Shown: one piece after another, positions 12,064 through 26,660 of the stretch | Position numbering within the stretch: the stretch's first letter is position 1 | Layout: every line of letters starts with the position of its first letter | Assembly: GCF_006345805.1 (NCBI RefSeq) | Contig: NC_043008.1 | Location: forward strand, 27,714,001 to 27,778,000 | Source: Octopus sinensis | Lineage: Eukaryota | Length of the DNA stretch: 64,000 nt | Reading direction: 5' to 3' | Translations under genes and position numbers: made by a program | Notes under the pieces: generated by a model | The model's database searches: none | Told to the model about the DNA's origin: nothing | Seen by the model: the letters and a program-made list of their open reading frames with translations, nothing else

Positions 12064-12331
12064 ATCATGATATTCATCGATATGCTATTTTTCCTATCTT
12101 ATTGGTTGGGCAAAATTCAGCAGCAGCAGTGTTTTTTTTTCTTGAAGTTGGAAAATCGTCTTGGTCATTTGGGAAAGGATTATTTATAGTATACTTTAAT
12201 TTTCATTAACCCTCAATTTTACGCAAAACTCAGTTCTGAAAAAAAATCATCGATGGACGTCTTGGCTTATTACTATGAAGCCTAATTCAAACTAATAACG
12301 GAGGAAAAATAGGAGCCCACAACCTATGAAA

Positions 12332-12645
12332 CCTCTTAGTCCACAGCGTCTTCCCTAAACCAACCTCCCAACCCGGCTCGTTCTCCTGCACCCGCCCACG
12401 CTGTCGCACTTGTCCTTATCTCTCCAACATCACTCACTTCACAGGCACCCATCATCGACCTTATCATATCACAGACTCCTTCACCTGCAATTCTAGCAAC
12501 GTCATCTACGCCATCTCCTGCTCTGTCCTCTATACATCGGTCACACGGGGCGCCGCTTGGCTTGACAGGTTCGCAGAACACCTCCAAGACATCCGACTCG
12601 GCTACGACACCCCGGTCTCGCGCCATTTCCGCTCTACCAGTCATA
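12332..12645 (+). mobile_element. Penelope-like (Neptune-type) linker plus GIY-YIG endonuclease fragment, GC-rich
   Basis: With two frameshifts it reads LLVHSVFPKPTSQPGSFSCTRPRCRTCPYLSNITHFTG...DSFTCNSSNVIYAISCS//LYIGHTGRRLA//DRFAEHLQDIRLGYDTPVSRHFRSTSH. This has the C..PRC.TC linker, VIY-I-C, YIG-T-R and EH/RH motifs. Confidence 0.88.
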
Positions 12646-14619
12646 AAAGAGGATTTTTAAAGACAACTCAGTGAAATACCCAAGTGTATGTGGAAGGCGG
12701 TAGAGACAATGTTTTCTTTCAGATACTGTTGAATTAGAACTAAATTCACTGTAAACAAAAAAGAGACAACTGTTTGGCAATAGATGGGTACAAGAGAAAA
12801 TTGATGGCAGGAAACAATAGTAGCGATCATCTTTAGAGGGAATATCAATATGAAAGTGTCTACACTACGCAAACTATTTGATTTTTCAAAATTATATTGA
12901 GTCTATAAATAACTAATCATTATATAAAATTTCCTTCATCGTATTACGGCTTTTCACCTACAATATTTCCTTTCGTTGGTCATAGTTTCAAAACTACCAT
13001 GTCGTTGCTGCAGTGTGTAAACTACGTGAAGATAGTGCATTTCAACGTATACAATACAGCAAGCGCTTAATCTAAACAGAACCATACTGATTCGGTTAAC
13101 TTCATATATTGGTGCTCTGACAAGCATTATGAGTCAATATAAATAACGACATAAAATGATACTCAGAACCAGAATATTGGAGTGAAGGATTAACGGACTG
13201 TGCCTTTTGGATATATGCATGATATGTGGTAGAGAGTATTAAAAGTAACTTGAATGGAATTGTATTGCTTTGAGTATAATCGCCTTTCTGATTTACCTCT
13301 CAAAGCTATATGCTATAGTTTCACAAGATGATAATCATGGGCTTTAATTTCTGTCACATTATTTAAGTTAACGAACTTTGCTGATGTCATTTTTACCCAT
13401 TAAAGCGGGTGGGTAAAAATATAAGAAATGATGTAACTGTTCCATTTATTTTGGATATCAATCACTCTCTATAAGGTGCAACTACAATGTTATTTTGTTT
13501 ACTTGCGTTTTCTTGAGGAAATATTTCACTATGAAGAACACATTTCAATGCATAACAGCAAAACTTAAATTTATATTGACAGTTTACTAGAATTTTCTTA
13601 TGATATCGATTACATGTTATCTTTTGTCTTTTTCGCAGAGTTGATTCTTATGTTCCACCAACAAAAAAAAAGAAAAGAAAGAAAGAAAAATACTCTATGG
13701 GGACAGATTATAAATAAAATTCAGCTTGTGCTTTAAATCATTTCCGATCTCTCACTGTTGACACAGATAAAGCCACAACCTTTCTCTCCACCAATAAAAG
13801 ACAGTTCACACAAAGTTTTGGTTGACCAGTCTCCCCATCATGTTTGGATGGAACAAAGAAAGTATTTTACATCAACTTGGAATATCGGTTGGTGATTAAC
13901 TTCTGATTGCACTTACCTCTATTATATTTTTCAAGACGGTACCTCTTATTTTGGACATAATGCAGTGATTTTTCAGTTTGCTCAGCAAAAATGAATTTTT
14001 TTCTTGAATGGAACGTTTGCGAACAATTGTTTTGTGTTATTCTTCGCAAGATTTCAAATAATCAAATATGTACAAGACAGCTGCCGCTGTCAAATTTATT
14101 GCATGTAATGCCGCGCTTTTTCCCTAGAAATGGCATTGTTCACCTTCTGGTTTTGAATTTTCTTTTGTGTATTTTTAGTTTTGAAAATGTTTCGTAATTG
14201 TTTTGCTTTCCACTGAAAGATATAGCAAAGAAAAAAAAGATAGCTGGTAAATATAATGGATGTTCTATCATAAAATAAACCCTTATTTTAAAAAGAACGA
14301 GAAACTCATAGTGTGAAATTTTTAAACGCAGCCCATATCTTAAAATTAAAGGAAAATTATATTGTTCGTCTAAAATTTTGGAAAAACATTAAGAATTCTC
14401 GCAGTAATAATTTGAAATTTCAGCAGTTTTACAGTAAGGAGATACGTCGAATAAATTGGCCTCAGTGCTTAACTGTTACCATTTTAACGACCCTGACACT
14501 TTATATGGAATTTAAACCGAATGCGTAATAATCCGGAAGATATGCTACAAGCATTCTGTTCGACGTGCAGATAGTCCTGCTAACAATATTTTACTGATTT
14601 TTTTTTACTGATTTGTGGA

Positions 14620-14792
14620 ACAAACCCAACAATTTCGGAGGTACCTCGATTACATTGACGCCAGTGCTTAACTGTAACTCATTTCGTCGACCTCGAATGA
14701 TAATCTGTAAAGTCGAACTTGGTGGAATTTGAACTCAAAACGTAAAGACGGACGAAATGCCGCTGTCCTAAGGATTCCGTCAGCTCATCGCC
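14620..14792 (-). mobile_element. Diverged SINE, family A
   Basis: ATTGACGCCAGTGCTTAACTG..TCGACC.CGAA.GAT..AAAGTCGA..TGGTGGAATTTGAACTCA.AACGTAA aligns to 7990-8162. Confidence 0.7.
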
Positions 14793-16455
14793 TTTTTGGT
14801 GATATTAATATTAATATTACCCAATGAATTATATAATTTTGAAACTGACATCGATATAATAACTGTGTTAACACACTAGCGCATCACATAGTAGTGATAT
14901 ATAGTATCCAAACTTAGTGCACATAGGCACATCAACTATTTGCGCTAAATTTTATTCCGATAATATACTTGTGCTCTCACTAAAAGCTTTCAATGATAAT
15001 ATTGATTGCTAACACAGGTGAAACACCATATATTTGAACCATGAAGCACGTTTGCTAATGTTCATTCTTCGTGTAAAAACCTAGAATTTAATTTGCAAAA
15101 ATTAGGTAACAAATTCATTGAAATAATTCATAACATCATAAGTGATGACATAAGGAATTCCTATTTACGTCTAAAAATAGAACAAAAATACTAAAGAAAA
15201 ACTGTAAATATCAGATATGACGATTATTGACATTTAACGTCGCTGCATGACCACACATTTGACTGAGATGCATATATAGTTAGATAGAAATCTTTGTATG
15301 GTTCGTTGCTATTAGACGCATAACGATGCGTGAGAATGTGATAAATTTATATAGTGACGGATCAGATGTTTGAATCGATAAGAAAGACATGTCGACAGTA
15401 CCATCTTCAGTAATAATATTCATGACGTCGAAAGAGATTCTATTCACAAAGAGTGTATAAATTCATAGTAGATTATAAGGATTGCTCTATAGTTTAACAT
15501 TAAGAGATGGTAAATCGACCATGCTGGAATTTAAACTCGTGACATAAAGGGACAAATATTAATATACATCAATTTCAATACACTTTGTGTAGCATTCTAG
15601 CACACCGAATTCTGAAATATTTAAAAGATAACTATTTTCTTTCCATAATTCATAATAATATGAACCAATATACGTTAAACTGTAAATAAGGTAGTATTTT
15701 CATAATCTGTACTTTCTTATATAAATTCGATGATGATGTTCATATTGATGACGGCGAGGATGCCGACAATAACACTTTTGTTCCTGCTGCTGCCACCAAT
15801 AATGATGGTGGTGGCGGTGGTGATGATGATGATGATTAGGACGACGTCGTTAATAATATAGATGATTTGAATATTGATGTTTGCTGTAGTGATAATGACA
15901 GTGATGAAAATGATACGGATTATGAAAATAAATTATGGTGATGATGAGGTTAAACATGAACACGACGGTGATGATAATAATGGAGACAGTGAATTAAAAT
16001 CGAAATTCGACAAAATTAGGAAGGAAATAAAGGAAAATGTAACCGAATGTTTTTTCTTTCTAATGTATATCGAGTTTCCATTTATTTTTGGCTCCAAATA
16101 CAGCTAATAAATGCATTATGTTTGATTTTATGTTTTACATAATTTGAAGGAAAAGAAACATCTTAATTCATACAACAACTACAAGTTAGATTTGCTAATC
16201 AACAGATGCTACAGCGATTAAAAAGATTTCTATCACAGAACTAACGTTAAAATGTGATAAAATACTCGAAAGATGACACAGACCATTATTACCGTACTAT
16301 CTTTATTTCACTTCTCCTGCCTCCTCATCTCTCTAAACATTTCTGTTTTCCATTTCGCTTCTTCAGCGGCTTAATTTTCATGTAAATTTTCGTTCCTTTT
16401 TAAAATTTCTTCTTTGTGGTTTTATTCTTCTTCAATTTTCCCTTTTATATTATTA

Positions 16456-16561
<106 letters not shown>

Positions 16562-17574
16562 CTTTACATTTTATTCTAAAACTTTTGGCTGTTATTTGAG
16601 AACACGTTTACTACGCCTGTTGTCACATGATAAGTCTTAAATTTAAATGATTAGATCGGGAAAACCGTGCAATCATATAACTCATTACTTTTAGCATATC
16701 TAGTTTTTCTGTCATTGCATTCAAATTGTATACAATATTTATTATTATAGGCCAAAAGCATTGTAAATTTTCACGAATGTGTATTTTAATACGTTTTTAT
16801 ATTTGTTGAGTAATTCAGCAGCGATTTATTTTGAATTATAATTGTAAACATCATTCTGCATGTAAAAATTGTTACAACGTTTAAAGGATTTTAAAATAAC
16901 CAATGTTTGTATTGCTTCATGTTTTATATTTAGTTTCTTTTTATTCACATTCAATGGAGAATGTTTTCAGAGATTATATGATAACCATGAAGAATGAATA
17001 TTCCGAAGGAGGGGTTTTATTGAACTTGGATATCACTAATTATAAGAGTTCTGCAAAAGCAAAAAGTTTGTTGTAAGATAATATATCTATCGTTACCTAT
17101 TCCAGTGTCGGTGACGCAGTCATTTCTGTATAATATCATGGCATTAAAGGAATTTTGTACAGTACGTCTACTAGCTGGAGCATGCAGGTATTTTTTTTTA
17201 ATTTACTCGATCTTTGCCAATAGAGAAACAATTTAAATATGCCGTGTGGACATTCGTACTTCATAAGTCGGATCTGTGTCAGAAAGTTAACTGGCCATCG
17301 TAACTTACTGTTTTTTCGAAGTTTGAGTTATTGAAGAGAGAGTAGTCTACACTCTTTTCGTGACTTTTAAAATTATGCCTATTAATGGATATGAAAAATA
17401 CACCCCAAAATATTAGCTGACAATAGGAATTTTTTTACAGTGCTAGATACCTACAGATGCAAGACGTGATATATTATGTCATTTTCTTAAAAATTTTAAT
17501 AATTCCACTCTATATTGCCCATTACTGCATTTGAAAAGTAGGGCTTGTCTATAGGTGTGCTGGGATTCAACCAG

Positions 17575-17628
17575 GGATTGCCCTGCAAATATGGATTGCC
17601 CTGCAAATATGGATTGCCCTGAAAATAT
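17575..17628. repeat. 18-bp tandem repeat x3 (GGATTGCCCTGCAAATAT)
   Basis: Units start at 17575, 17593 and 17611. Confidence 0.9.
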
Positions 17629-18399
17629 AATTAATTCTTATTCAAATGTTTGTAAATCAAGTACAGCATGTCAACTATTGCAGGTGGCAGTAAATATATA
17701 GAATTAGGCTGTATATCCCAATCGTATCACCAGCAGATCAAGTTCATACTTTCTAAAACAACCTGAATCGAAATAGAAGTCCAACGTCAATTCGTAGTAC
17801 AACGTATATAATTGAATATTTTTAATCACAATTTCATATCCTTGGAGAGAACACCGTTATTATATTTCTGTGGATACGTTCCGATAGAACATTTCACACA
17901 CAAGCACAATGTTAGAAGCAAAGTTTACAATTTTAGTAAAATACAGTTAAATTATTTTAAGAAGCGTGTTTCCTATGATGCTCTGATAATTGGAATCTTA
18001 TCTTACCATTTCATGTCTCAAGTTTAAATTTGACTTGATACTGAGATATATCAAATACGGATACACAAAATCAAGCCTCTTCACAAGCAGGTTTTCACAT
18101 TAGAGATGGTGGAAACGTTAATGCATTGCAATTTTGGATGAAATTTAATAATTTCTTATGTAATCATTATCAAATTTCAAACAATACTCTAGTATTTGCG
18201 AGCTTGTTTGATACGTTTACTTCACAAATTCTTTAAGCTGTAATACGTCACGCAACATTGGGAAATATATTAAGTTCTCGGTTCATATGTAGGATTGTTA
18301 AATGATGGTTACCTGCATAATATGTGTTCTAATGCCTGTATAATATTTTGACGGATAGTTACATAAAACATACATAAAGACATGCATACATAAATAACT

Positions 18400-18630
18400 G
18401 GCTTACCGGTGCTTACGGCGACAAGGGTTCCAGTTAATCCGATCAACGGAACTGTCTGCTTGTGAAATTAACGATCATGTGGTTGAGCACTCCATAGACT
18501 CGTATATCCTTAACGTAATTCTCAAAGAGATTCAGCATAGTCCTTTCAAATATAGATACAACACATTTTGCCAGTTGAGTGGACTGGAGCAACGTGAAAT
18601 AAAGTGCATTGCTAACAGACACAGCGCGTG
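18400..18630 (-). mobile_element. SINE family B body, head missing
   Basis: GTTCCAGTT.ATCCGATCAA.GGAAC..CTGCT.GTGAAATTAAC..GTGG.TGAGCACTCCA.AGAC...GGACTGGAGCAACGTGAAATAAAGTG is shared with the 40355-41292 copies. Confidence 0.7.
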
Positions 18631-18799
18631 TTTTTTGTCACCATCTTTCTTTTACCAAATATGCGTGAGTGTTTGTGTATTTCCGAGGTGGTATATTACA
18701 CGTCAAATGTAATGCTGCGCGGACAAAATCCTTTGGGCGGGAATTGTAAATGACTTCATTTTTCATCCACATGCGTGAAAATTATCGTGTCGTCAGGCT

Positions 18800-20170
18800 C
18801 CGTTAGTTCTCGGCTATAATACCTACAGTTCAGATGTATAGTGCGCGTTCGTTTTCACTCAAGATGGCCAAACGCATTTAGCAGAGAGCAAACATCTATA
18901 TCTCTCCACCAGTGACGGTGGTGTTCATGAAGTCTGACTCGTGTTTTCCAAACTACAGTTATCTCCGCCATCGTCAGTGTCAATTAGTGTATATCTTGGT
19001 ACCTGAGATGGCTGTTCAAGCCAAAGGTGGTATAGAAGAACGGTGAACACTTATCACAAAGTAGGATTGGAGAGGGACGAAGAAGAACCAGTCGCTCTTT
19101 GCGTCTTCAACGTTTGATCACTGCCATTCAATGTCTGTTATTTTCCATAAATTTTGTTCCCACTACAATGACATGCCGCCATTTTGAGCAGCGTCTCGGC
19201 AACTCTCTCCCAAGAATTTGGTCAAAGGAGCGGTAGGAAAAAGTGGCTTTGAGCTGATCTAGGAAACGGAATTTGGAAACTCCGCGTGATCTGGTGCTGA
19301 GACCAATTCTGCAAAATGTAGTTGGCGAAGAAAGCGCGTTTGAGGCATACGTATAATGTCCCTCGATCAGCGGAGTCAGTGTCGTTTGATGGTAGCTTCA
19401 ATGCTGAGCAGTGTTGTCCGAACCAGAATCTCTTCATAGGTAAAAAAAAGACTTTCCTTTGAATCCTCATCATTGCGGGTTGTTTGTGCTGTTGGAAACG
19501 TTCGGATTTTTTCAAGTCACGTCGCTAGAACACTCACATCGCCCAGCTGTAGAGGAATGTGGAATGCATGACAGTTCAGAATACCGTGAGTTTTGTTTGG
19601 ATGATTTCGGAAGATTCGTTTTGAGAATTTTCCGTAATCAGTATATGATCCACTGTTTTTAACGCGATTTCACATAGCCTCATGTCACTGGTGTCAGGAT
19701 GGAGTTGGCTGGTGCCACCCTGTTCAGGGATATTTGTTTTCTTCATATTCGCCATGAGGCCAAAGCGAATATACAAATTTTCGAAGAGGTTTACAGCCTC
19801 CTGAAGATCGGAAACTGATTGTGCGGGAGTGACTATGCCATCGGAGTACTGCAGCTCATGTCTTTTGTCGAAGGTGGTAAGTCGAGGAGCTCTGAAGCGA
19901 TTAGTGTTGAAAAGTCTGCTATCTATTATGTAACGGACGTCTGCATCAGGAGCCAAATCTTGCATCTTATGGATCACGACATCGAGGTGCAAGTGTTTTC
20001 TTGTATTATTTTAAGTCTTGCCAGAAGGACTTGTATTATTTCAAGTCTTGCAAACACTTCAAAGAGTGCTGTCGGATTTACTTGGCTGCCAATATAGCTG
20101 GACATTACTTAAGCACTCCTGCAAAGTGTAGCCGCTGAATTTAAGTACTTTACCAAATCTTTCCCCACTA
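18800..20170 (-). mobile_element. RTE-clade LINE, decayed RT and C-terminal region
   Basis: ORF 19576-19992 reads SRLFNTNRFRA...ELQYSDG (YADD equivalent)...SDLQEAVNLF...RFGLMANMKKT. Downstream pieces include ALLYSCETW and ERFQQ (LLY-CE-W...ERFHQ of RTE elements). Multiple frameshifts. Confidence 0.85.
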
Positions 20171-20589
20171 TCTTTGCTGCATGTTTCTTCTAATGATGAT
20201 TCATCTATGATAGTTCTATAAGAAATAAACATCCGAAATTGCTTTCACTTTTGCCACCAGAATTTCTTCCAAATCCACTTGGTAGATGTAAATCTCAAGC
20301 ATTTATCCTTTGTACTCAACCACAATTAACGCTATATCACACACACACGTACACAGCCACGCATGCACACACACATACACAGACACGCACACACAAATAA
20401 ACACACACAGACGCACTCTCTCAGACACTGACGCACGTACAGACATACACTTACATACGTAGACGGCTATTGGAAAAGTAAAGCCTGATCATTTTAAATA
20501 ATCCTCTGTTTACCTACCTCGACATAATCAATTTCACAACTAACACACTGCACTAGTGGTAGATCCGAGACTCATTAAAATCCCTAATA

Positions 20590-20830
20590 TCCGCCCCTCA
20601 CCATAGAGGAAACTATCATCTTCATAAATAAGCTGCAGCATGACCATTTCCAAGATTATCAAGACATTAACCCATATATGCCCATAAAGATATTCACTGT
20701 ATTTAGATTAAATGCTATGGTAAGCTTTCGCAATCAGGAAGAGAAAGACAGTATTCAATTATTAGCTACGGGTGTCGATTACCTACTGAACATTTCGTCT
20801 GATGGGTTATCCTAGAAACATGTATATATG
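20590..20830 (+). mobile_element. Possible highly decayed PLE 3' end
   Basis: FTVFRLNAMVSFRNQEEKDSIQLL loosely resembles the PLE endonuclease C-terminus. It is followed by CTGATGG..GAAA-CATG-TA (HHR-like, poor stems). Confidence 0.3.
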
Positions 20831-22714
20831 ATAAAATTATATATATTTGAGACTGTCTTGATGTATTTCGTGAATATATCACAAATCAAATCAGTTTAAG
20901 TACCTCACAAATATCAAGTACTTTAGCCTATTTGATCTACTCCTATACGTGCACGGCTGCTGCCGCTATACTTACGCATATTAATAGAAAGTGGAAGTCT
21001 AATAAACACGAAATTTAACTTAAAATAAATTAAAATAGAGGTCTATCGCTAATCATTTGTTGAAAAACTATAACATACACAAATAAACTTGGTAATCACG
21101 TTTCATTGACTCAGATTGTATATCACCTGCCATTGGTTCTTAAATTTTTTCGGAAACCTAAGTTGTTAACACGATTACAGTCAATCATAATTTCATTTAT
21201 AAATGTATAGCTTCTTTCATTTAGTAACATGATACATATATCTGCTTTAGTGAATCAGTTCACAGCATACTACCCGGACTATTTAGTATCACGTATACTA
21301 AGTTATTTAGCGAACTTCACAAGAGCTCCAAATTCTGAAATTCCCTTTCAATACCCTTGTTTTTCAAGTGAACCAACACATAAAAGACCAAGCAGAACGT
21401 ATAAAATAGAGAAGACCTGTATATCTTATTTTGGAATGTCTATATTTTAAAAGCCCGTTGCAAGTCCCACTCTGTACGATCTGATTACTAAAGCAGATAT
21501 CATTTTTAGAATATAAAATATGGAGTTACTTTAATATATAATACACACTCTTAATAAATATTTTACGTGCTAAAATGTCACCAGAAGTTTTTAAATTACG
21601 TATTTTGTATAGAAGTATTTAAGTTATATAACAGGAATGCAGTAACAAGTTACTATATTTATTTATACTTTATGTAAATAAACTAAATATTCTTCCTCTA
21701 ATTGTGTCATATATATATATATATATATCATGTGATATTTATGATGGTAAATTTTCTGGTAGAGAGTTTGTTTTAAGTATATCTATTCACGCAATTTTTA
21801 ATCCCTTAAAAATGTCTCAATTATGATACAAATTATGAAAATTAATCTTCGTGTTTTTAATGTCATAATTCAAATTCATACATCCTGATGGAAAATATTG
21901 GCATACTTTCGATTTCTTAATCTAGAGCGTTATTGAGCTCACCTTTGTGACACTTGAGAAAATTTACCCATTAATCATACGAAGATATTTTGAAAGGACT
22001 GTCAATCTTGCGTTCCACCACATTCACTCAATTGATGGTCACAATTTAAAAACTTTCCCTGCCAAAACAAATAGTGTTCAGTCAGAGAATAGTGTTTTGC
22101 TACTGTAAAACTTCCTTAATTTCTTTTTAGTACAATTTCAGCTTTATATTTGATTGATTTCGAAAGGAGCCATTGCATCATTAAAGATCGATGCCGAAAT
22201 TAATTTTATTACTTGAATTTCTCCAATAGAAATTGATAAAAACTGAATATACTCCTTCAGATAGACCAGGAAGAAAAAGCAACCAGTTACGCTCTAAGGG
22301 GATATTGCAATCGTATATCAATTATTTTTTACTGTTTAACACTTACATCAAATCTCTTGTATTTGCCTTCTGACAATAATATGGAAATACTTGTGCATCT
22401 CTTGTCTTGCTATTTTTCAGCTGTGGTATATTTAGAGTTACTAGTTGACTAGTTTCTCACTGAAGATACAAATCATATTTATTGCTGTATGAGAGCGGGA
22501 TTGCTTAGGAGTATCAACATTGACAACTAAATATGATAGTGATTTTAATAGGAATCATTCCTACTTTATTTCTCATTTACATAACAAAACCACAAGATTC
22601 TCCTTGAAATATCAAAATATATCCGATTATTCGCATATAAAACCATATATTGTGGACACTGAACTTATATCTAGGGACCTAATCCCAAATCATCAAGCTA
22701 TGTCATATTGGTTT

Positions 22715-22913
22715 CAAATTTTGGCACAAGGTCAGAAATGTTGGGGCAAGAAATAAGTCGATTAATCGACGCCAGTGTTCAAGTGGTATTTACTTTAGTG
22801 ATCCTGAAACGATGAAATACAAACTCAACTACGGCAGAATTCCATCTCAAAACCGGATGCCAGACGAAATAACTCTAAGCATTTTTGTCTAAGGATTCTG
22901 CCAGCCCGCAGCC
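22715..22913 (-). mobile_element. Diverged SINE, family A
   Basis: TAAGTCGATTA.ATCGAC.CCAGTG..CAA.TGGTA...GATCC.GAAA.GATGAAA...CAGACGAAATA..CTAAGCATTT..GATTCTGCCAGC aligns to 7926-8162. Confidence 0.7.
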
Positions 22914-24013
22914 TTAAAACTATGTAATATCATATCATATATATAATATAGTAATGAACAGTGGGCTGGATACATGCAGTATATGGACATCGATGGGAAA
23001 ATGTCAATATATAAGTTGAATATCAGATGTTGAGTTTTACATGATTGAAGTACCTATTACAATTCTGTTTGTTCTTCGCCATGTAGCGATTCGTGAGAGC
23101 AGACTGAACATTGATACAGCGAATGCTGTATCAATATAGATGAGTCCTTATGAATTCAAAATAAATATTCGTTTAGATGTAGCTATCAATATTGGAGATA
23201 ACTATTGAACAGACACCACAAAACATGGTAATTTATACGACTAATTCTGGAAAAAACCGCAATACAAATACGTGTGTGCGACATTTTTATAGCTAAATGC
23301 TACGTCATTTCGTACTTCGCATTTTAACATCTTATATTGTTTAATTTAAGAAATGAATTTCGGTTAATGAATAGGCGATACGTAATAATTTAATAAGTAA
23401 ATATTTTGAAAAGATTTCCTTTCAGTAAAACTACACCAACATGTTAAATTTTAATCCCACATTTTTATATGAAAAACAAAAATCTCTTTTCAATGAATAA
23501 CATGCATTTGCTTGAAGCGAATAGCATAATTTGTTCAATAGATACATCAATGCTACTAAAGTAAAAATTCATAATGCGATTTTAGATATTCAGAATCGAG
23601 TTAGCAATATTATTCATACGAGTTTTCAAAGTGAATTACTTAGATACGTTTAGTTGAAGTCAAAGGTCAGAGACAGTGAAATGCTTCTTATGATACTTTA
23701 CTTCTCTCAGAAGATGGTGTTCAAACAGAAATTATTGCAGACAATTTGGCAACATTACTTGTAAAGTAATAATTTCAATACCATAAAATTCGACTTTTTA
23801 GGATTAGTGCCAATAATTCTAACCTGAAGTTTGACTGTTTTCTTAATGCTCTCTCCAAATTATTATTTTTTTACACAAGAAAATGTCTGCCCTGGTTTCT
23901 GTTAATAAAAATTCCAATATATATACATACACAAATTTTATCTCGGGAAATAATATTATTCCTAAATTAAGTCTAACTCATACCACCCTCACCCAGTTAC
24001 ATTTATATTATGT

Positions 24014-24113
<100 letters not shown>

Positions 24114-24245
24114 TATGTGTGTGTATAAATATGTATGTATTTTAAAAATACGTGCTTGTGTCCTAATGAATTTATATATACACTTATATATATATATTTA
24201 TATATATACATATATATATACACAACCACACATATATATATATAT

Positions 24246-24277
<32 letters not shown>

Positions 24278-25689
24278 CATGAACATATACCGTCCTTATT
24301 TGTGTATGAGCATCAGTGTGTGCATTTCTATGATTTCTTATTATAGAAGTAAATTAAAACAATGTATATAGTTTGTGTTTCCTTTCAAGAATACTGCAAA
24401 ATATAATATATCTGCATGCAATATTATCATAAAGGAAACAAAAACAAACCTACAAATTCGGATGTTGCAAAGTTCTAAGCAGAAATACATCAGAAAATAT
24501 TGTTTTACAGATTGTTTCTTTGAAATTTCAATGTGCAGCATACAGGTCAGTCATATATATATATATATATCTGTTTATTATGTTTGAATTAACTTAACTT
24601 ATTGACTGCATTTAATCATTCATCTGTTATATTTACCTACGCAATCATTGATGAAGATAAAACTCATTTTATCTGAATTCGGGAAAAAAACATCAATTTG
24701 TTGTTGAAATCAAAGCACTTCTTAATCATTTGTTGTGAATTGAAGGCCAGTATGGTCAGGATACATTCTAGGCTGTTGTAATTCAGTGTCTGAATGGAGA
24801 AGTCGTTTTCATATCATATGCATTGTAATACCTCTAATGTATAATATGCGGTTCCTCCCAAAAATAGCATTTATCGTCAAACTTTTACCTTTCTTTGCAT
24901 ACCAAAAATAAATATACAAAAAGTATAATGACATAAATAAACATAGCTTAGTCTACAGAATGCTTCTCTGGTAACACCAACAGCATGCTGCAAAGATATT
25001 TTAATGGAAATGTGATTTTCTACCAAATTCTCTCCTTGTTTCAACACATCTTTTTGTTTTCTTTGCAATTACTGTGTGAATTCGACAAGAATTCTAAATC
25101 CATTACCCTCCATTCCTACGAAGTACCAGGTTCACTCACAAAGTTTTCGGATGATATTATATCTCGATTGTTATATCATTAATTTGATACAGCTAATCCA
25201 ATCATCAATGATTATTTCTTCGTAATTGCTATATATAACATACGAACATTAACTTTATGCCTATGAATTTGTTTTGCGATATCCTTGATGTGAAATAGTG
25301 TGTTGAAACAAATATTGCTATATTTCGGGATGGTCACTTTTTAAAACCAAATAACCACACGTTGTATAATTTCGTTCTTGACTTTATTATTGTCTCCATT
25401 CTATGACCATTGTCTGGAAATGTTTCGTTACACGCCAGTGACTTCTTCGGTGACCATCCATCTCACGTGTCCCGGCTCATGTAGTCCAAGGACGATGTGA
25501 GACTCGAACAAAGTCCAAGGACATTTGGCACGGAAAGTCACCGACTAGGTTACAGGTATGTGACAGAAGATTTCTAGACAATGGACATAAAATAAGAACA
25601 AGAATAAACAAGGGAAGAACTGCTATATATTGCGTGTGTTTATAAGGCAAGAAAAAAAATACTATCCAGAAATAGAACTCATTCTTTAT

Positions 25690-26660
25690 TTTACAACATC
25701 GATAATGAGTGATGAGAAAATTGTAATTTGGAGCCATTTAACGCTAAGGACATAAACCTGACGCAGACGGTTCGAGGAAGATGACAGGAGCCTCGAAGAA
25801 AATCCCGAAGTCAAGGAGACTGTCTGTTGCAGAAAATGGGGCCTTGAATGAAAGGGAATAAACAACAACAAAGTACAAGCACTCGTACACTGTCGCCAGA
25901 ATTTGTTTCTTCACAAAGTACCATCAATCGATATCTCTATAAGCTGGGGATTGTGAACAAAAACTATGAAGAAGTTCCTCATTAAGTGAAAAATGGCGAG
26001 GTTCAACGACATGTTAACACTTGCAGACAACAGTTGGCAAAACCCCCAGATGCCTGTTTTGGAATTGAACTGTGACTAGGGATGAAAAATGGATCTAGTT
26101 TCCTAAGTGAAATTAATGGTTACATTTTGGCCAGTATTCAGATATTGTTGTCAACCAAGGGCAGTTTGAATAAAATATCGTGTTGTGTTTTGTGTTGATT
26201 TTCGATGGGGCGTTACACTTTGAGCTTGCCCAAGATGGTCAAGCTGTTAACGTTAACTTTTATACTCAATAAAAGCTGCGAGTATATGATATTTAGAAAA
26301 CCATGTACCCAGCATTAGTCAATCGAAGACGCGCATTCCTACAACATAACAATGCACCAGAACATACTGCCAATGTGATCGAGCGCAAAATTGTGGATCT
26401 TGAGGGGCTCGAACTTCTGCATCGCTGTATCTGTAATACACACCCTGAGTCCTCAGATCACCACCTTTTCCGAATCGCACTTCATTTCCTGCACAGATGG
26501 AGTTCAACAATATGGATGAGCTTCGAAACGACTGTAGAGGTGTTTTGCCTCAAACCACCAAAATGGTAGAAGCAAGGAATTGAGTACCTGTCACAACAAT
26601 GCCAACAAACAGAAAAATATGACGGGAATTTTTTGATGGATAAAAGCTCTTCGTATGGGA
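25690..26660 (+). mobile_element. mariner (DD34D) transposase remnant
   Basis: RRFEEDDRSLEENP (HTH region), EVPH, TVTRDEKWI, HFEL..DGQAVN, and YPALVNRRRAFLQHNNAPEHTA...LEGLELLH...SSDHHLFR match mariner WVPHEL, VTGDEKW, QDNA-PH and SPDLAPSDYHLF. Stops and frameshifts throughout. Confidence 0.88.

Noticed and set aside
13900-13960. Possible minus-strand first coding exon MSKIRGTVLKNIIE followed by GTAAGT
   Set aside because: Only a short frame and a donor-like site. No recognisable protein, and no compatible downstream exon found.
20791-20830. CTGATGG-gttatccta-GAAA-CATG-TA hammerhead-like motif
   Set aside because: A9 is mutated, stem II is doubtful and stem I does not pair. At best a dead relic, so it is not called as an ncRNA.
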